A stretch of 64,000 nt of DNA from Pseudomonadota bacterium. GTDB taxonomy: Bacteria; Bdellovibrionota_F; JAHFAK01; JBDREC01. A program made the position numbers and the translations under genes. The stretch covers positions 1 through 64,000 of the forward strand of contig JBDREC010000088.1 of the NCBI GenBank assembly GCA_043820105.1, read 5' to 3'. The notes below the pieces were generated by a model, which was not told the DNA's origin, did no database searches, and saw only the letters and a list, made by a program, of their open reading frames with translations. Below, in pieces: positions 53,562 to 62,316 of this stretch; the stretch's first letter is position 1; every line of letters begins with the position of its first letter.

Positions 53562-53576
53562 TGGCACACAATTTGC
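53562..53576 (+). promoter_or_regulatory. sigma-54 promoter (cassette 1)
   Basis: Consensus TGGCAC-ACAAT-TTGC. Confidence 0.85.
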
Positions 53577-53630
53577 TTCTATATAAAGGTATAAAAACAA
53601 GACAAAAAGTTTAAAAATAGGAGTGAGGAA

Positions 53631-54785
53631 ATGAAAAAACTACAAATAATCATAAGCTTAGCAATCATATCAAGCTTAATTTACTCTTGTGGACCAAGTT
53701 CTGCCAGAAATGCAGCTGAATTCAACAACCCTTTAGATGATCTTATCGAAAAATGGGGTCAATGCGAAGAAGTATCAGCCACAGCCTCAGATCCATATTG
53801 CATTGATTCAGATGGAGATGGTATTCCAGATATGGTAGAAATTGAAATGGGCACAGATCCAGATGATGGTGATATGACCAGTGAAGAATTTTGCTATAAT
53901 GCAATGATGACAGGCTCAGAATATGCTGACCAATATTGCCAGGCAATTGGTGTTGGAAGTTTTGCAGACCTTGCTGAAACTTATGCAGCTGATGGATACA
54001 ATGCAGAAATGCTGTTTCAAATACTAGAAATGTCAACAGGAGCAATTGAGGCGATCATTGTGGCTTTGATTGAGAGAGGGAAGACAGCGGATGCTCAAGC
54101 TGCTACAATGCCAGCAGGATACTGTCAATTAGATGGTGAAATTTCTGAGGCTCTTGATGAGTTTTTAGAAGCATTAAGAACTGACACTGGCAGAAGCACT
54201 TCAAGTAGTAATAGCGGAAGATCAGAACCAAGCACTTCAACAACTCAAATTACTTCGCACACTTTCTATGCACTTGACGAAGATAATCATATTGTAAAAA
54301 CACGAGGTAGTCCTTGGGAATATTTTAAATGGCTAACACCAGATATGTATGAACAGTCTGATATTATTGACAGCGCCTTAGAAGCTCCTACATTCATTAA
54401 TATAAACTACATTGGCAATGGCGACTATGAATATGTACTTGGAACTTATGGAGATACAGGATATGCCTATCAATACGGTGAAGTACTTGGCCCTTGTGGT
54501 GGAAGTGGTTGTGCTATAATGTTTGTTCCTGATTCAACAACACAAAATATAACACTAAACTATCAAGCAATTGGATACACAGGTTGCAAAGAAAGTGGTG
54601 ATAAAGATTCATTAAAAAAAGATACAACAGGAGCAGTATACAAATTCGCACTATGCTATGAATCAATTTCAAGTGATGCTGTAGGTGAAAATGGAACCTA
54701 TACAACAGACCTAAGCGATGATGAAAATTGTGATTATTTCTTTAGACTTAATCCAGTTGATTGCAATGATAAAAGTGATGAGTAA
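53631..54785 (+). CDS. Lipoprotein A1 (TSP3-like Ca-binding motif, Cys-rich C-domain)
   Basis: IYSC lipobox; DSDGDGIPD..E..MGTDP; paralogous to the genes at 56453 and 58890. Confidence 0.85.
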   Translation: MKKLQIIISLAIISSLIYSCGPSSARNAAEFNNPLDDLIEKWGQCEEVSATASDPYCIDSDGDGIPDMVEIEMGTDPDDGDMTSEEFCYNAMMTGSEYADQYCQAIGVGSFADLAETYAADGYNAEMLFQILEMSTGAIEAIIVALIERGKTADAQAATMPAGYCQLDGEISEALDEFLEALRTDTGRSTSSSNSGRSEPSTSTTQITSHTFYALDEDNHIVKTRGSPWEYFKWLTPDMYEQSDIIDSALEAPTFININYIGNGDYEYVLGTYGDTGYAYQYGEVLGPCGGSGCAIMFVPDSTTQNITLNYQAIGYTGCKESGDKDSLKKDTTGAVYKFALCYESISSDAVGENGTYTTDLSDDENCDYFFRLNPVDCNDKSDE

Positions 54786-54966
54786 AAAAATAAAAATCAT
54801 CCTGGCAACTGGTGCTCTGGTGACTGGTGACCAAGACTAGGATTAAAAGCAAATAAAATTGAAAACTGATTATGAAAACATAAAATTTTCAATAATCAAC
54901 AATTAATAATCAATTTTCAATGAAAGAAATAAGTAAGTTAGATAATAAAACGTACAAAGGTGGAAA

Positions 54967-55992
54967 ATGAAAAAGCTAATAACAACATTATTATTAATAT
55001 CCTTTATATTGTCATCATGCATGACCTCAGGAGGAACCTCTGCTAACCAGGTTATTGGTGATGCAGCTGGAAGTGATGAAGAATGGGATTGGGATGAAGA
55101 TGATCCATTTGGTGGGCTTGAAGATTATGATGATACTGATAGTGATGGTGATGGAGTATATGACTGGATTGAAGAACAAATGGGCACAGATCCAAATGAT
55201 CCAACAGATGTTCCAGATGTAGCAGGTGCACTGGCCTATGATGCGAGTCTTGATTCTTCAGGAATGTCTAATTTAACAGATTATCTTGGTGGAGCGTTAT
55301 CAACTTCAATGGCCTCTGTACTAACAGCCTGGGGACTACCAAAAAATATTAAAACTTGCATAACTCCACGCCCTACAAAAATTAAAGGAAACTTAGTAAC
55401 AACAGATCAAAAGGCTTTAAAACAATCAAGCTTTACAATAAACTCTTTGGATATTGATACAGCAACAGAAACACCAACAACAGGAAAATTGAAATTTTCT
55501 GGAAACCTTTATTACATGCTAACAAAGGGAACTGGTGATAGTAATATACAAGTAGGTCATTATTCTGTACAAGCTGGTATAATTATCATGAAACCAATGG
55601 GTTTTACAACTTGTGTTAATACATTCGCAGTAGATGTGGCTGAAATCCCATGCAAACCTTGTGAGTTTACAGATACAGGCGTTGTTGAAGTATTCGCGGA
55701 AGTTTTTGGTGACTGGGCTTGTACTCAAGATCTGGATAATAAAAAACCTGGTCTTTATGTGGGCTGGGAAGAACCAATTAGCAATGGCTCAATTCAAGGC
55801 ATTGAATTAACAGGAGTTTCGGCAATTGATGGAAATTTATATGAATTAACCTATATAAATGATAAAGCTGGAGCAACAGATCAAGAATGTGATGAAATAA
55901 GAGATGATTCAACTGAAGTAAGCGCTGAATCATTAGTAGAAGATCAGACAAGTATTCTTGAATTAAGAGAGATTTCAACACCGAAAATATAA
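54967..55992 (+). CDS. Lipoprotein B1 (TSP3-like motif)
   Basis: LSSC lipobox; DSDGDGVYDWIEEQMGTDPND; paralogous to the genes at 57628 and 60098. Confidence 0.85.
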   Translation: MKKLITTLLLISFILSSCMTSGGTSANQVIGDAAGSDEEWDWDEDDPFGGLEDYDDTDSDGDGVYDWIEEQMGTDPNDPTDVPDVAGALAYDASLDSSGMSNLTDYLGGALSTSMASVLTAWGLPKNIKTCITPRPTKIKGNLVTTDQKALKQSSFTINSLDIDTATETPTTGKLKFSGNLYYMLTKGTGDSNIQVGHYSVQAGIIIMKPMGFTTCVNTFAVDVAEIPCKPCEFTDTGVVEVFAEVFGDWACTQDLDNKKPGLYVGWEEPISNGSIQGIELTGVSAIDGNLYELTYINDKAGATDQECDEIRDDSTEVSAESLVEDQTSILELREISTPKI

Positions 55993-56328
55993 GTTGAATT
56001 TTGAATTTTGAATTTTAAAAACCATACGACAGTCACTAAAAGTCAATAATATTAATACCATAACAGCCCTAAAACCCTCTTAAAACCAATTTAACAACAG
56101 AAACCCACCTCTAATAATCCAAAATTCAAAATCCAAAACAAACCAAATCCACAAAAATACCAGTAAACCAAATACCAAACACAACTCCCATGCCTAAAAT
56201 TCAGCAAAAAACCCCTGTTTCCTTAACAAAATCGCTGAAGATTATGGATTATAATTAGGATTAGGATCAAGGTTAGAATAAAAAAATCCAAGAAATCTCC
56301 ATATAAGCTCCCGAAATAACAAGAAACA

Positions 56329-56363
56329 AGCTTACAGCTGACAGCTTACAGCTTACAACTTAT
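56329..56363. repeat. Heptamer array (AGCTTAC)n abutting the cassette-2 promoter
   Basis: AGCTTAC AGCTGAC AGCTTAC AGCTTAC AACTTAT. Confidence 0.85.
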
Positions 56364-56368
56364 TCTCT

Positions 56369-56383
56369 TGGCACACATCTTGA
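56369..56383 (+). promoter_or_regulatory. sigma-54 promoter (cassette 2)
   Basis: TGGCAC-ACATC-TTGA (-12 GA variant). Confidence 0.7.
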
Positions 56384-56452
56384 AATAGAACTCAGTAAGG
56401 CGTATATAAAAACTGTATTATTGTATAAAAACACCAAAATGGGAGTTAAGCA

Positions 56453-57586
56453 ATGAAAAATATTAGTTTTTTAGTCGCCTTATCATGGCTCTATCTATTA
56501 TCAACAATTGGTTGCGGACCAACTGCTGCCAGAAATGCATCAGAATTTAAAAATCCATTAGATGAATTATTCGACAAATGGGGGCAATGCACAGAAGTTT
56601 CCCCAACAGCCACAGATCCATATTGTATTGATTCAGATGGAGATGGTATTCCAGATCTAGTGGAACTGGAAATGGGAACTGATCCAGATGATGGTGATAT
56701 GACCCAGGAAGAATTTTGCTTAAATGCAATGCAAACCGGATCAGAGTACGCTGAACAGTTCTGTGAAGCCATGGGCCTGGGCAATGGTTTTGGTGATATG
56801 CTTGATCAGGCAGCAGCTGGTGATGGATTTAATGCAGAACTTCTGATTTCGATTTTGCAATTAACAGGAGATGCTCTGACTCAGATTTTGACAGCTTTTG
56901 CTGAAGCGGGAAAGACGAGTAATCCGTATATGGGATCAGCTCCAACTGGATATAACACAAGAGATAGTGAAAAAACAGATAAAACAAATGAATTACTTGA
57001 GGAATTACTATCAACAATGGATGAACAACCAAGTAATCTTGGACAAGCATCACCTTCAACGATTTCTAGATCACATAATGAATACTCATATTATTATATA
57101 GGAAAAGCACCTAGAAGAACTTGGACCAAAAATGAAGTTAGAAGCCAGAACGCTTCTCAATGGCAATTTGCTGAACCTACATCTTCTACATCATACATAA
57201 ATATTGTTAGCACAGAATCAAAATATGAATATGTAATCGCATCAAATTATTCTCCAACAGAAGGCCTAAGTTATGATTTTGGGTCTATAACAGACGCTTG
57301 TGGAAATATTGGTTGTGGATTAATTTTTACACCATACGCCACTTCGCAAAATTATTTTAACGCAATGACAATTCATTCTTATTCAAGTTGTAAAATTGTT
57401 GATAACGGTGATAAAACATATGATGATATAAAGAAAAATACGCCTGGAGCAATTGGTCTATTTTACCTTTGTTATGATCCGATTACAGGCGAAGACACAG
57501 GTTATATAGATTCAGATGATAACGAATGTGAGGTCTATTTGAGAAAAACATTGGTTGATTGTAACACTGAAAGTTCAAGCAGTTAA
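56453..57586 (+). CDS. Lipoprotein A2
   Basis: TIGC lipobox; N-terminus highly similar to A1 and A3. Confidence 0.85.
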   Translation: MKNISFLVALSWLYLLSTIGCGPTAARNASEFKNPLDELFDKWGQCTEVSPTATDPYCIDSDGDGIPDLVELEMGTDPDDGDMTQEEFCLNAMQTGSEYAEQFCEAMGLGNGFGDMLDQAAAGDGFNAELLISILQLTGDALTQILTAFAEAGKTSNPYMGSAPTGYNTRDSEKTDKTNELLEELLSTMDEQPSNLGQASPSTISRSHNEYSYYYIGKAPRRTWTKNEVRSQNASQWQFAEPTSSTSYINIVSTESKYEYVIASNYSPTEGLSYDFGSITDACGNIGCGLIFTPYATSQNYFNAMTIHSYSSCKIVDNGDKTYDDIKKNTPGAIGLFYLCYDPITGEDTGYIDSDDNECEVYLRKTLVDCNTESSSS

Positions 57587-57627
57587 TCAATGAATGAACC
57601 AATATTATTATTTAGAAAGAGCAATTT

Positions 57628-58590
57628 ATGAAAAAAATATTTTCAATATACTTATTAATCGCGTTTTTAAGCTACCCATTCACCTCTTGCATGACAGGTG
57701 GAACATCCGCTTCCAGAAATCTTTCTGACACTGGTGGCATAACAGATCCTGGCGCCGGCTGGGATATTGATCCAGGTGATCCTTTTGCTGGTCTTGAGGA
57801 TTATGACACAACAGACACAGATGGTGATGGGGTGCCTGACTGGATTGAAGAAGAATATGGCTCAGATCCAAATGATCCAGATTCAATCCCGGATTTAGAA
57901 GCAGCCCTTGGTTATGACGAAAGTCTTGATGCTTCCGGCATGGAAAACCTGGCTAGCACCCTTGGAGGCCTGACTGTCACCATAGCTTCAACCTTGATTT
58001 CCTGGGGTTTAACAGCAAATGCGAAAATGTGTATCAAGCCATCTGGCAAAGGTAACATAAAAGCATCAGACCTGGAAGCCCTTCAAGGAGCAACACTTTC
58101 AATTTCAGGTGGCGCTGGAAGCTTGACCCTAGCAGGCGGCCTGTACACAATGACAACAGCTGGGGCTCAGGGTGATTATATAGATGCAGGAAATTTTACA
58201 ATATCCAAAGGTCATCTTATTTTAAAACCAATGGGAAAGGAATGTGTTTATACTTATAGTGCTAGTATTCAGGAAGTGCAAAATGAAGGTTCATGCAATC
58301 TGTTTTGTATTGGAACCGGAAGTATTCCCTATAGTGATTTAGTAGTTGATGGTGTACCAGTCTGCAAAAATGAATGCACAAAACCTAATGACGGAACAGC
58401 AATGGCAACAAAGCATAACACACCTCAACTGGGCTGGGCTGATCCAATTGAATCCTCAAAAATCGATCAATTCAAGTTAGAAGGAATAGACTCTCCAACT
58501 AAAACCCCAATAAGCCTAACGTACTCGAACACTGGATATAAAAGTACTGGAGTTAGTTATAATGACATCGATGAACCCAGAACTTTCTAA
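57628..58590 (+). CDS. Lipoprotein B2
   Basis: FTSC lipobox; DTDGDGVPDWIEEEYGSDPND. Confidence 0.85.
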   Translation: MKKIFSIYLLIAFLSYPFTSCMTGGTSASRNLSDTGGITDPGAGWDIDPGDPFAGLEDYDTTDTDGDGVPDWIEEEYGSDPNDPDSIPDLEAALGYDESLDASGMENLASTLGGLTVTIASTLISWGLTANAKMCIKPSGKGNIKASDLEALQGATLSISGGAGSLTLAGGLYTMTTAGAQGDYIDAGNFTISKGHLILKPMGKECVYTYSASIQEVQNEGSCNLFCIGTGSIPYSDLVVDGVPVCKNECTKPNDGTAMATKHNTPQLGWADPIESSKIDQFKLEGIDSPTKTPISLTYSNTGYKSTGVSYNDIDEPRTF

Positions 58591-58746
58591 AAACATGCCT
58601 AAATTTCAGCAAAAAATTAAAAAAATGGTGGTTTTTGGATATACAATCAGAATTAGGATTAGGATTAGGATTAAGTTTAGAATTTGTTTTCAATAATCAA
58701 AATCCATTAACCCTCCAATAAGCCCATGAAATCACTAAAAAACAAA

Positions 58747-58805
58747 CTTACCACCTAGCACTTACCACTTACCACTTACCACTTACCACTTACCACTTCC
58801 CCACT
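58747..58805. repeat. Heptamer array (CTTACCA)n abutting the cassette-3 promoter
   Basis: CTTACCA CCTAGCA (CTTACCA)x5 CTTCCCCA. Confidence 0.9.
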
Positions 58806-58820
58806 TGGCACAGATCTTGA
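58806..58820 (+). promoter_or_regulatory. sigma-54 promoter (cassette 3)
   Basis: TGGCAC-AGATC-TTGA (-12 GA variant). Confidence 0.7.
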
Positions 58821-58889
58821 AAAATAACCTAATTAGAGCGTAAAAAACGTTAAATATTATGAAATAAAAACACTTTGGGGAGTTAAGTA

Positions 58890-60068
58890 ATGAAAAATAT
58901 TAAACTATTTATTGCCTTAGCATTGCTCATAGCAATATCAACAATTGCTTGCGGACCAAGCGCAGCCAGAAATGCTTCAGAATTTCAAAATCCACTTGAT
59001 AACTTATTAGACAAATGGGGTCAATGTGTAGAAGTATCACCAACAGCCACAGATCCATACTGCATAGATTCAGATGGAGACGGTTTTCCAGATCTAGTAG
59101 AACTAGAAATGGGAACAGATCCAAATGATGGAGATATGACTCAAGAAGAGTTTTGCCTAAATGCAATGCAAACTGGTTCTGAATATGCTGATGCATATTG
59201 TGAGGCAATGGGTCTTGGTGGTGGATTTAATGATCTTTTAAATCAAGCTGCCGCTGGCAGTGGATTTAATTCAGAACTTTTAATATCAATTCTTCAAATA
59301 ACAGGTGATGCTTTAACTCAGATTCTAACAGCTTTTGCTGAAGCAGGAAAGACAAGCAATCCACAAGGGGGCACAATGCCATCTGGTTATAATTATCAAA
59401 ATGATAAAATAGATAGAGATGAGCTTGCAGAACTTCTGAATCAAATGAGAACAAATCCAGATACAAGCTCTTCATCAACAAGCAATAGAGGAAAATCAAC
59501 ACCAACAACAGAGTCAGTAACTCCTGATGAGTATACTTTTTATAAATTTGATGACGATGTATTTTCTAACATTTCAACTTTTGCAACAACTTTAGATGCA
59601 AACTATGAAGCAGAAACAATGATGCCTTTAGCTGCAGATAATCCTACTTACCTGAATATCATAAATGTTGAAGGTAGCAAGTATGAATATGTAATAGGAA
59701 CATATGCTGACTATGGTTACTCATATGAATTTGGGTATATTAATAATGGTTGTGGCGCTCCTGGTTGTGACCTTATATTAACACCATTTTCAACTCAGCA
59801 AAATATTTTTAAAAGTTACACAGCATTATCATACACTGGCTGTAAAGAAGTTAAAAGTCAAAATGGCAAAACCGAATATGATGCATTAAAATCTCAAAGC
59901 ACTGGTGCAGTTTATAAATTTGCATTATGCTACAAATCCATTGCTCAGCAGGCATATGATGGAGAATTATTGGAGCACTGTGATTATTATTTTAGAGCAA
60001 ACCCCGTTGACTGCAATGATAAAAGTGATGAATTAGAAGCAGCTGAAGCCGATGCAACAGATGAATAA
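58890..60068 (+). CDS. Lipoprotein A3
   Basis: TIAC lipobox; paralog of A1 and A2. Confidence 0.85.
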   Translation: MKNIKLFIALALLIAISTIACGPSAARNASEFQNPLDNLLDKWGQCVEVSPTATDPYCIDSDGDGFPDLVELEMGTDPNDGDMTQEEFCLNAMQTGSEYADAYCEAMGLGGGFNDLLNQAAAGSGFNSELLISILQITGDALTQILTAFAEAGKTSNPQGGTMPSGYNYQNDKIDRDELAELLNQMRTNPDTSSSSTSNRGKSTPTTESVTPDEYTFYKFDDDVFSNISTFATTLDANYEAETMMPLAADNPTYLNIINVEGSKYEYVIGTYADYGYSYEFGYINNGCGAPGCDLILTPFSTQQNIFKSYTALSYTGCKEVKSQNGKTEYDALKSQSTGAVYKFALCYKSIAQQAYDGELLEHCDYYFRANPVDCNDKSDELEAAEADATDE

Positions 60069-60097
60069 ACAAACATTATAAAGGAAAAGAGCAAATT

Positions 60098-61060
60098 ATG
60101 AAAAAGATATTTTCAATATATTTAATAATAGCATTATTAAGCTACCCACTAAGTTCTTGCATGAGTGGTCAAGCTGCCGGATCAAGAGCTTTATCAGATA
60201 GTGGAGCAACAGACACAGGTGATGGCTGGGAATTTGATCCGAATGATCCATTTGGCGGGTTAGATGGCATTGATACAACAGACACTGATGGTGATGGAGT
60301 TTATGATTGGATTGAAGAAGAATATGGTTCAGATCCAAATGATCCAAATTCAATACCAGATCTTGAATCAGCTCTTGGTTATGACGCGAGTCTTGATTCA
60401 AGTGGTTTAGACAGTCTTGCTGACACCTTAGGTGGCCTAACAATTTCACTTGCTACAACATTAATTTCTTGGGGATTAACCGCTAATGCCGTTATGTGCG
60501 TAACCCCAGGCCCAGGAAAAGGAAATATTGAAACAACAGATCAAGAAGCATTAATTGGAGCATCATTTGCAATGGTTTCGTCAGAAGCTGCTGGAGCAAT
60601 TAAATTTGATGAACAAACTAGATACTATCTAACAACAGTTATTCCTGATTTTGATGATCCCTTTACGGAAACTGGATATTTTAAAATCATAAAAGGTAAA
60701 TTAATTCTAAAACCAGTCGGAAAAGCCTGCGTTTATACTTATAAGGCTAGCATTCAAGAGATAACATGTGAACCTTGCGTTACAACAGACTTTCCTATAA
60801 GCGATGCTTTGCTTACCATGTTTGGAGATACGAAATGCACTTCTAATACAAAAAATCAAGTAGCTGGCACTTATATGGGCTGGCAAGATCCAATTGAAAC
60901 ATCAACCTTACTAGAAATGAAAATAGAAGGAATTGACTCTCAATCAAAAGCTGAAATTATTGGCCTATATACAAATGCAAGAGCTGGTCAAGGAAATGAT
61001 ATGGAGTGTGACGAAGTTTCAAAATCTGAGACAATGACCATTAGAACTATGGCTGAATAA
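60098..61060 (+). CDS. Lipoprotein B3
   Basis: LSSC lipobox; paralog of B1 and B2. Confidence 0.85.
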   Translation: MKKIFSIYLIIALLSYPLSSCMSGQAAGSRALSDSGATDTGDGWEFDPNDPFGGLDGIDTTDTDGDGVYDWIEEEYGSDPNDPNSIPDLESALGYDASLDSSGLDSLADTLGGLTISLATTLISWGLTANAVMCVTPGPGKGNIETTDQEALIGASFAMVSSEAAGAIKFDEQTRYYLTTVIPDFDDPFTETGYFKIIKGKLILKPVGKACVYTYKASIQEITCEPCVTTDFPISDALLTMFGDTKCTSNTKNQVAGTYMGWQDPIETSTLLEMKIEGIDSQSKAEIIGLYTNARAGQGNDMECDEVSKSETMTIRTMAE

Positions 61061-61140
61061 AAATAAAATAATTAAGATTTCTTGAAATTGCTTTCCTAAT
61101 TTCCTATAATAATATAGAGTTTTTAAATAAAAGACTGGTG

Positions 61141-61204
61141 GTCATTCTGAACTTGTTTCAGAATCCACTGCGTCCAAGGGATCCTGAAACAAGTTCAGGA
61201 TGAC
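61141..61204. repeat. Inverted doublet of palindromic repeat family A
   Basis: GTCATTCTGAACTTGTTTCAGAATCC, 11-nt spacer, then GGGATCCTGAAACAAGTTCAGGATGAC. Confidence 0.9.
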
Positions 61205-61227
61205 AAGCCAATATATATTGGAATAAA

Positions 61228-61830
61228 ATGAATAAATTTAATTTACGACATACTACATACAACTTACGACTTAAACGAAAAGGACAAACTTTAATTGAGT
61301 TTGCTCTCATCTTGCCCTTTTGGTTTTTTCTAGTTTTCTTTTTTATCAAGCTTTGCTTTTTCTTGGTAGAAGAGCACATTGGAACATACATAGCATTTAT
61401 GGCAGCCAGATCATATCAAGTTTATGGAAATGAAAAAGAAGAAAATGGCTCTGAAATGAAATATAAAAAAGTGGCAAAAGATATGTTATCTCACTCTTTT
61501 TTATTTACAAGTGAAAATGAACAAACCATAGATGTTTTCGTAGACAGCGCTAAAGCTCAAAATATGACTGTCTTTTCACAAGAAAGTAACTTTTACCAAT
61601 ACGATGCGCTGCTTGATATATATGGAATGTCACAAAACCAAGATAATTACACATTAGGAGTCCAATCCCCTGATCAAGCAATAGACAAAGGACGCTTCGG
61701 AATTTTAAAACTAACCTTTCCACACACCTGGAATATTTTCCCAATGTTAGGTGGATCGATGTTTGATAAACATGAGATTTATGTACCGTATAGGCTGGAG
61801 CCTTTGTTGATACCCGATAGCGGGGGGTAG
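61228..61830 (+). CDS. TadE-like pseudopilin
   Basis: KRKG|QTLIEFALILP prepilin motif followed by AFMAARS. Confidence 0.82.
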   Translation: MNKFNLRHTTYNLRLKRKGQTLIEFALILPFWFFLVFFFIKLCFFLVEEHIGTYIAFMAARSYQVYGNEKEENGSEMKYKKVAKDMLSHSFLFTSENEQTIDVFVDSAKAQNMTVFSQESNFYQYDALLDIYGMSQNQDNYTLGVQSPDQAIDKGRFGILKLTFPHTWNIFPMLGGSMFDKHEIYVPYRLEPLLIPDSGG

Positions 61831-61840
61831 TGGGGTGTTG

Positions 61841-61878
61841 GTATTTGGTATTCAGTATTTAGTATTCAGTATTCGGTA
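61841..61878. repeat. Heptamer array (GTATTYR)n, left arm of an inverted pair
   Basis: GTATTTG GTATTCA GTATTTA GTATTCA GTATTCG GTA. Confidence 0.9.
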
Positions 61879-61937
61879 GGTGAATAGAGGGTGTTATTGT
61901 TAATGTGCTTTGGTGAATAAAGCTATATTGAGGTTTT

Positions 61938-62294
61938 ATGACGATTAAAAATTTTAGAGAATTAATTGTTTGGCAAAAGGGAGTTGAATTAACAGAATTA
62001 GTTTATAAAATTACTAAAAGCTTTCCTAAGCACGAACAGTACTGTTTAAATCAGCAAATAAGAAGATGTGCAATTTCAATCCCATCTAACATTGCAGAAG
62101 GTTTCGCGAGAAAACACAACAAAGAATTTAAACAGTTTTTATATATTTCTTTAGGTTCATTGGCTGAACTCGAAACGCAATTAGAAATAGCAAACAAACT
62201 AGCATATATGAATAATAAAATTTATGATAACATAATCACAGAAGTTACACATGAATATAAAATGATTTTAAATTTAATAAAAAAACTAAAATAA
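61938..62294 (+). CDS. Four-helix-bundle protein (23S rRNA-IVP/TIGR02436-like family)
   Basis: FRELIVWQKG...FPKHEQY.L..QIRRCAISIPSNIAEG...FLYISLGSLAELETQL. Confidence 0.93.
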   Translation: MTIKNFRELIVWQKGVELTELVYKITKSFPKHEQYCLNQQIRRCAISIPSNIAEGFARKHNKEFKQFLYISLGSLAELETQLEIANKLAYMNNKIYDNIITEVTHEYKMILNLIKKLK

Positions 62295-62316
62295 AATAGA
62301 AAGATTTTCAATAATA

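Noticed and set aside
53631-62294. Diversity-generating retroelement (paralogous repeats plus an Avd-fold gene)
   Set aside because: No reverse transcriptase is in the window, and paralog differences look like general or synonymous divergence rather than adenine-specific TR/VR pairs.
61938-62294. 23S rRNA gene around the IVP-family ORF
   Set aside because: The flanks are protein-coding Tad-like genes; no rRNA sequence is present.
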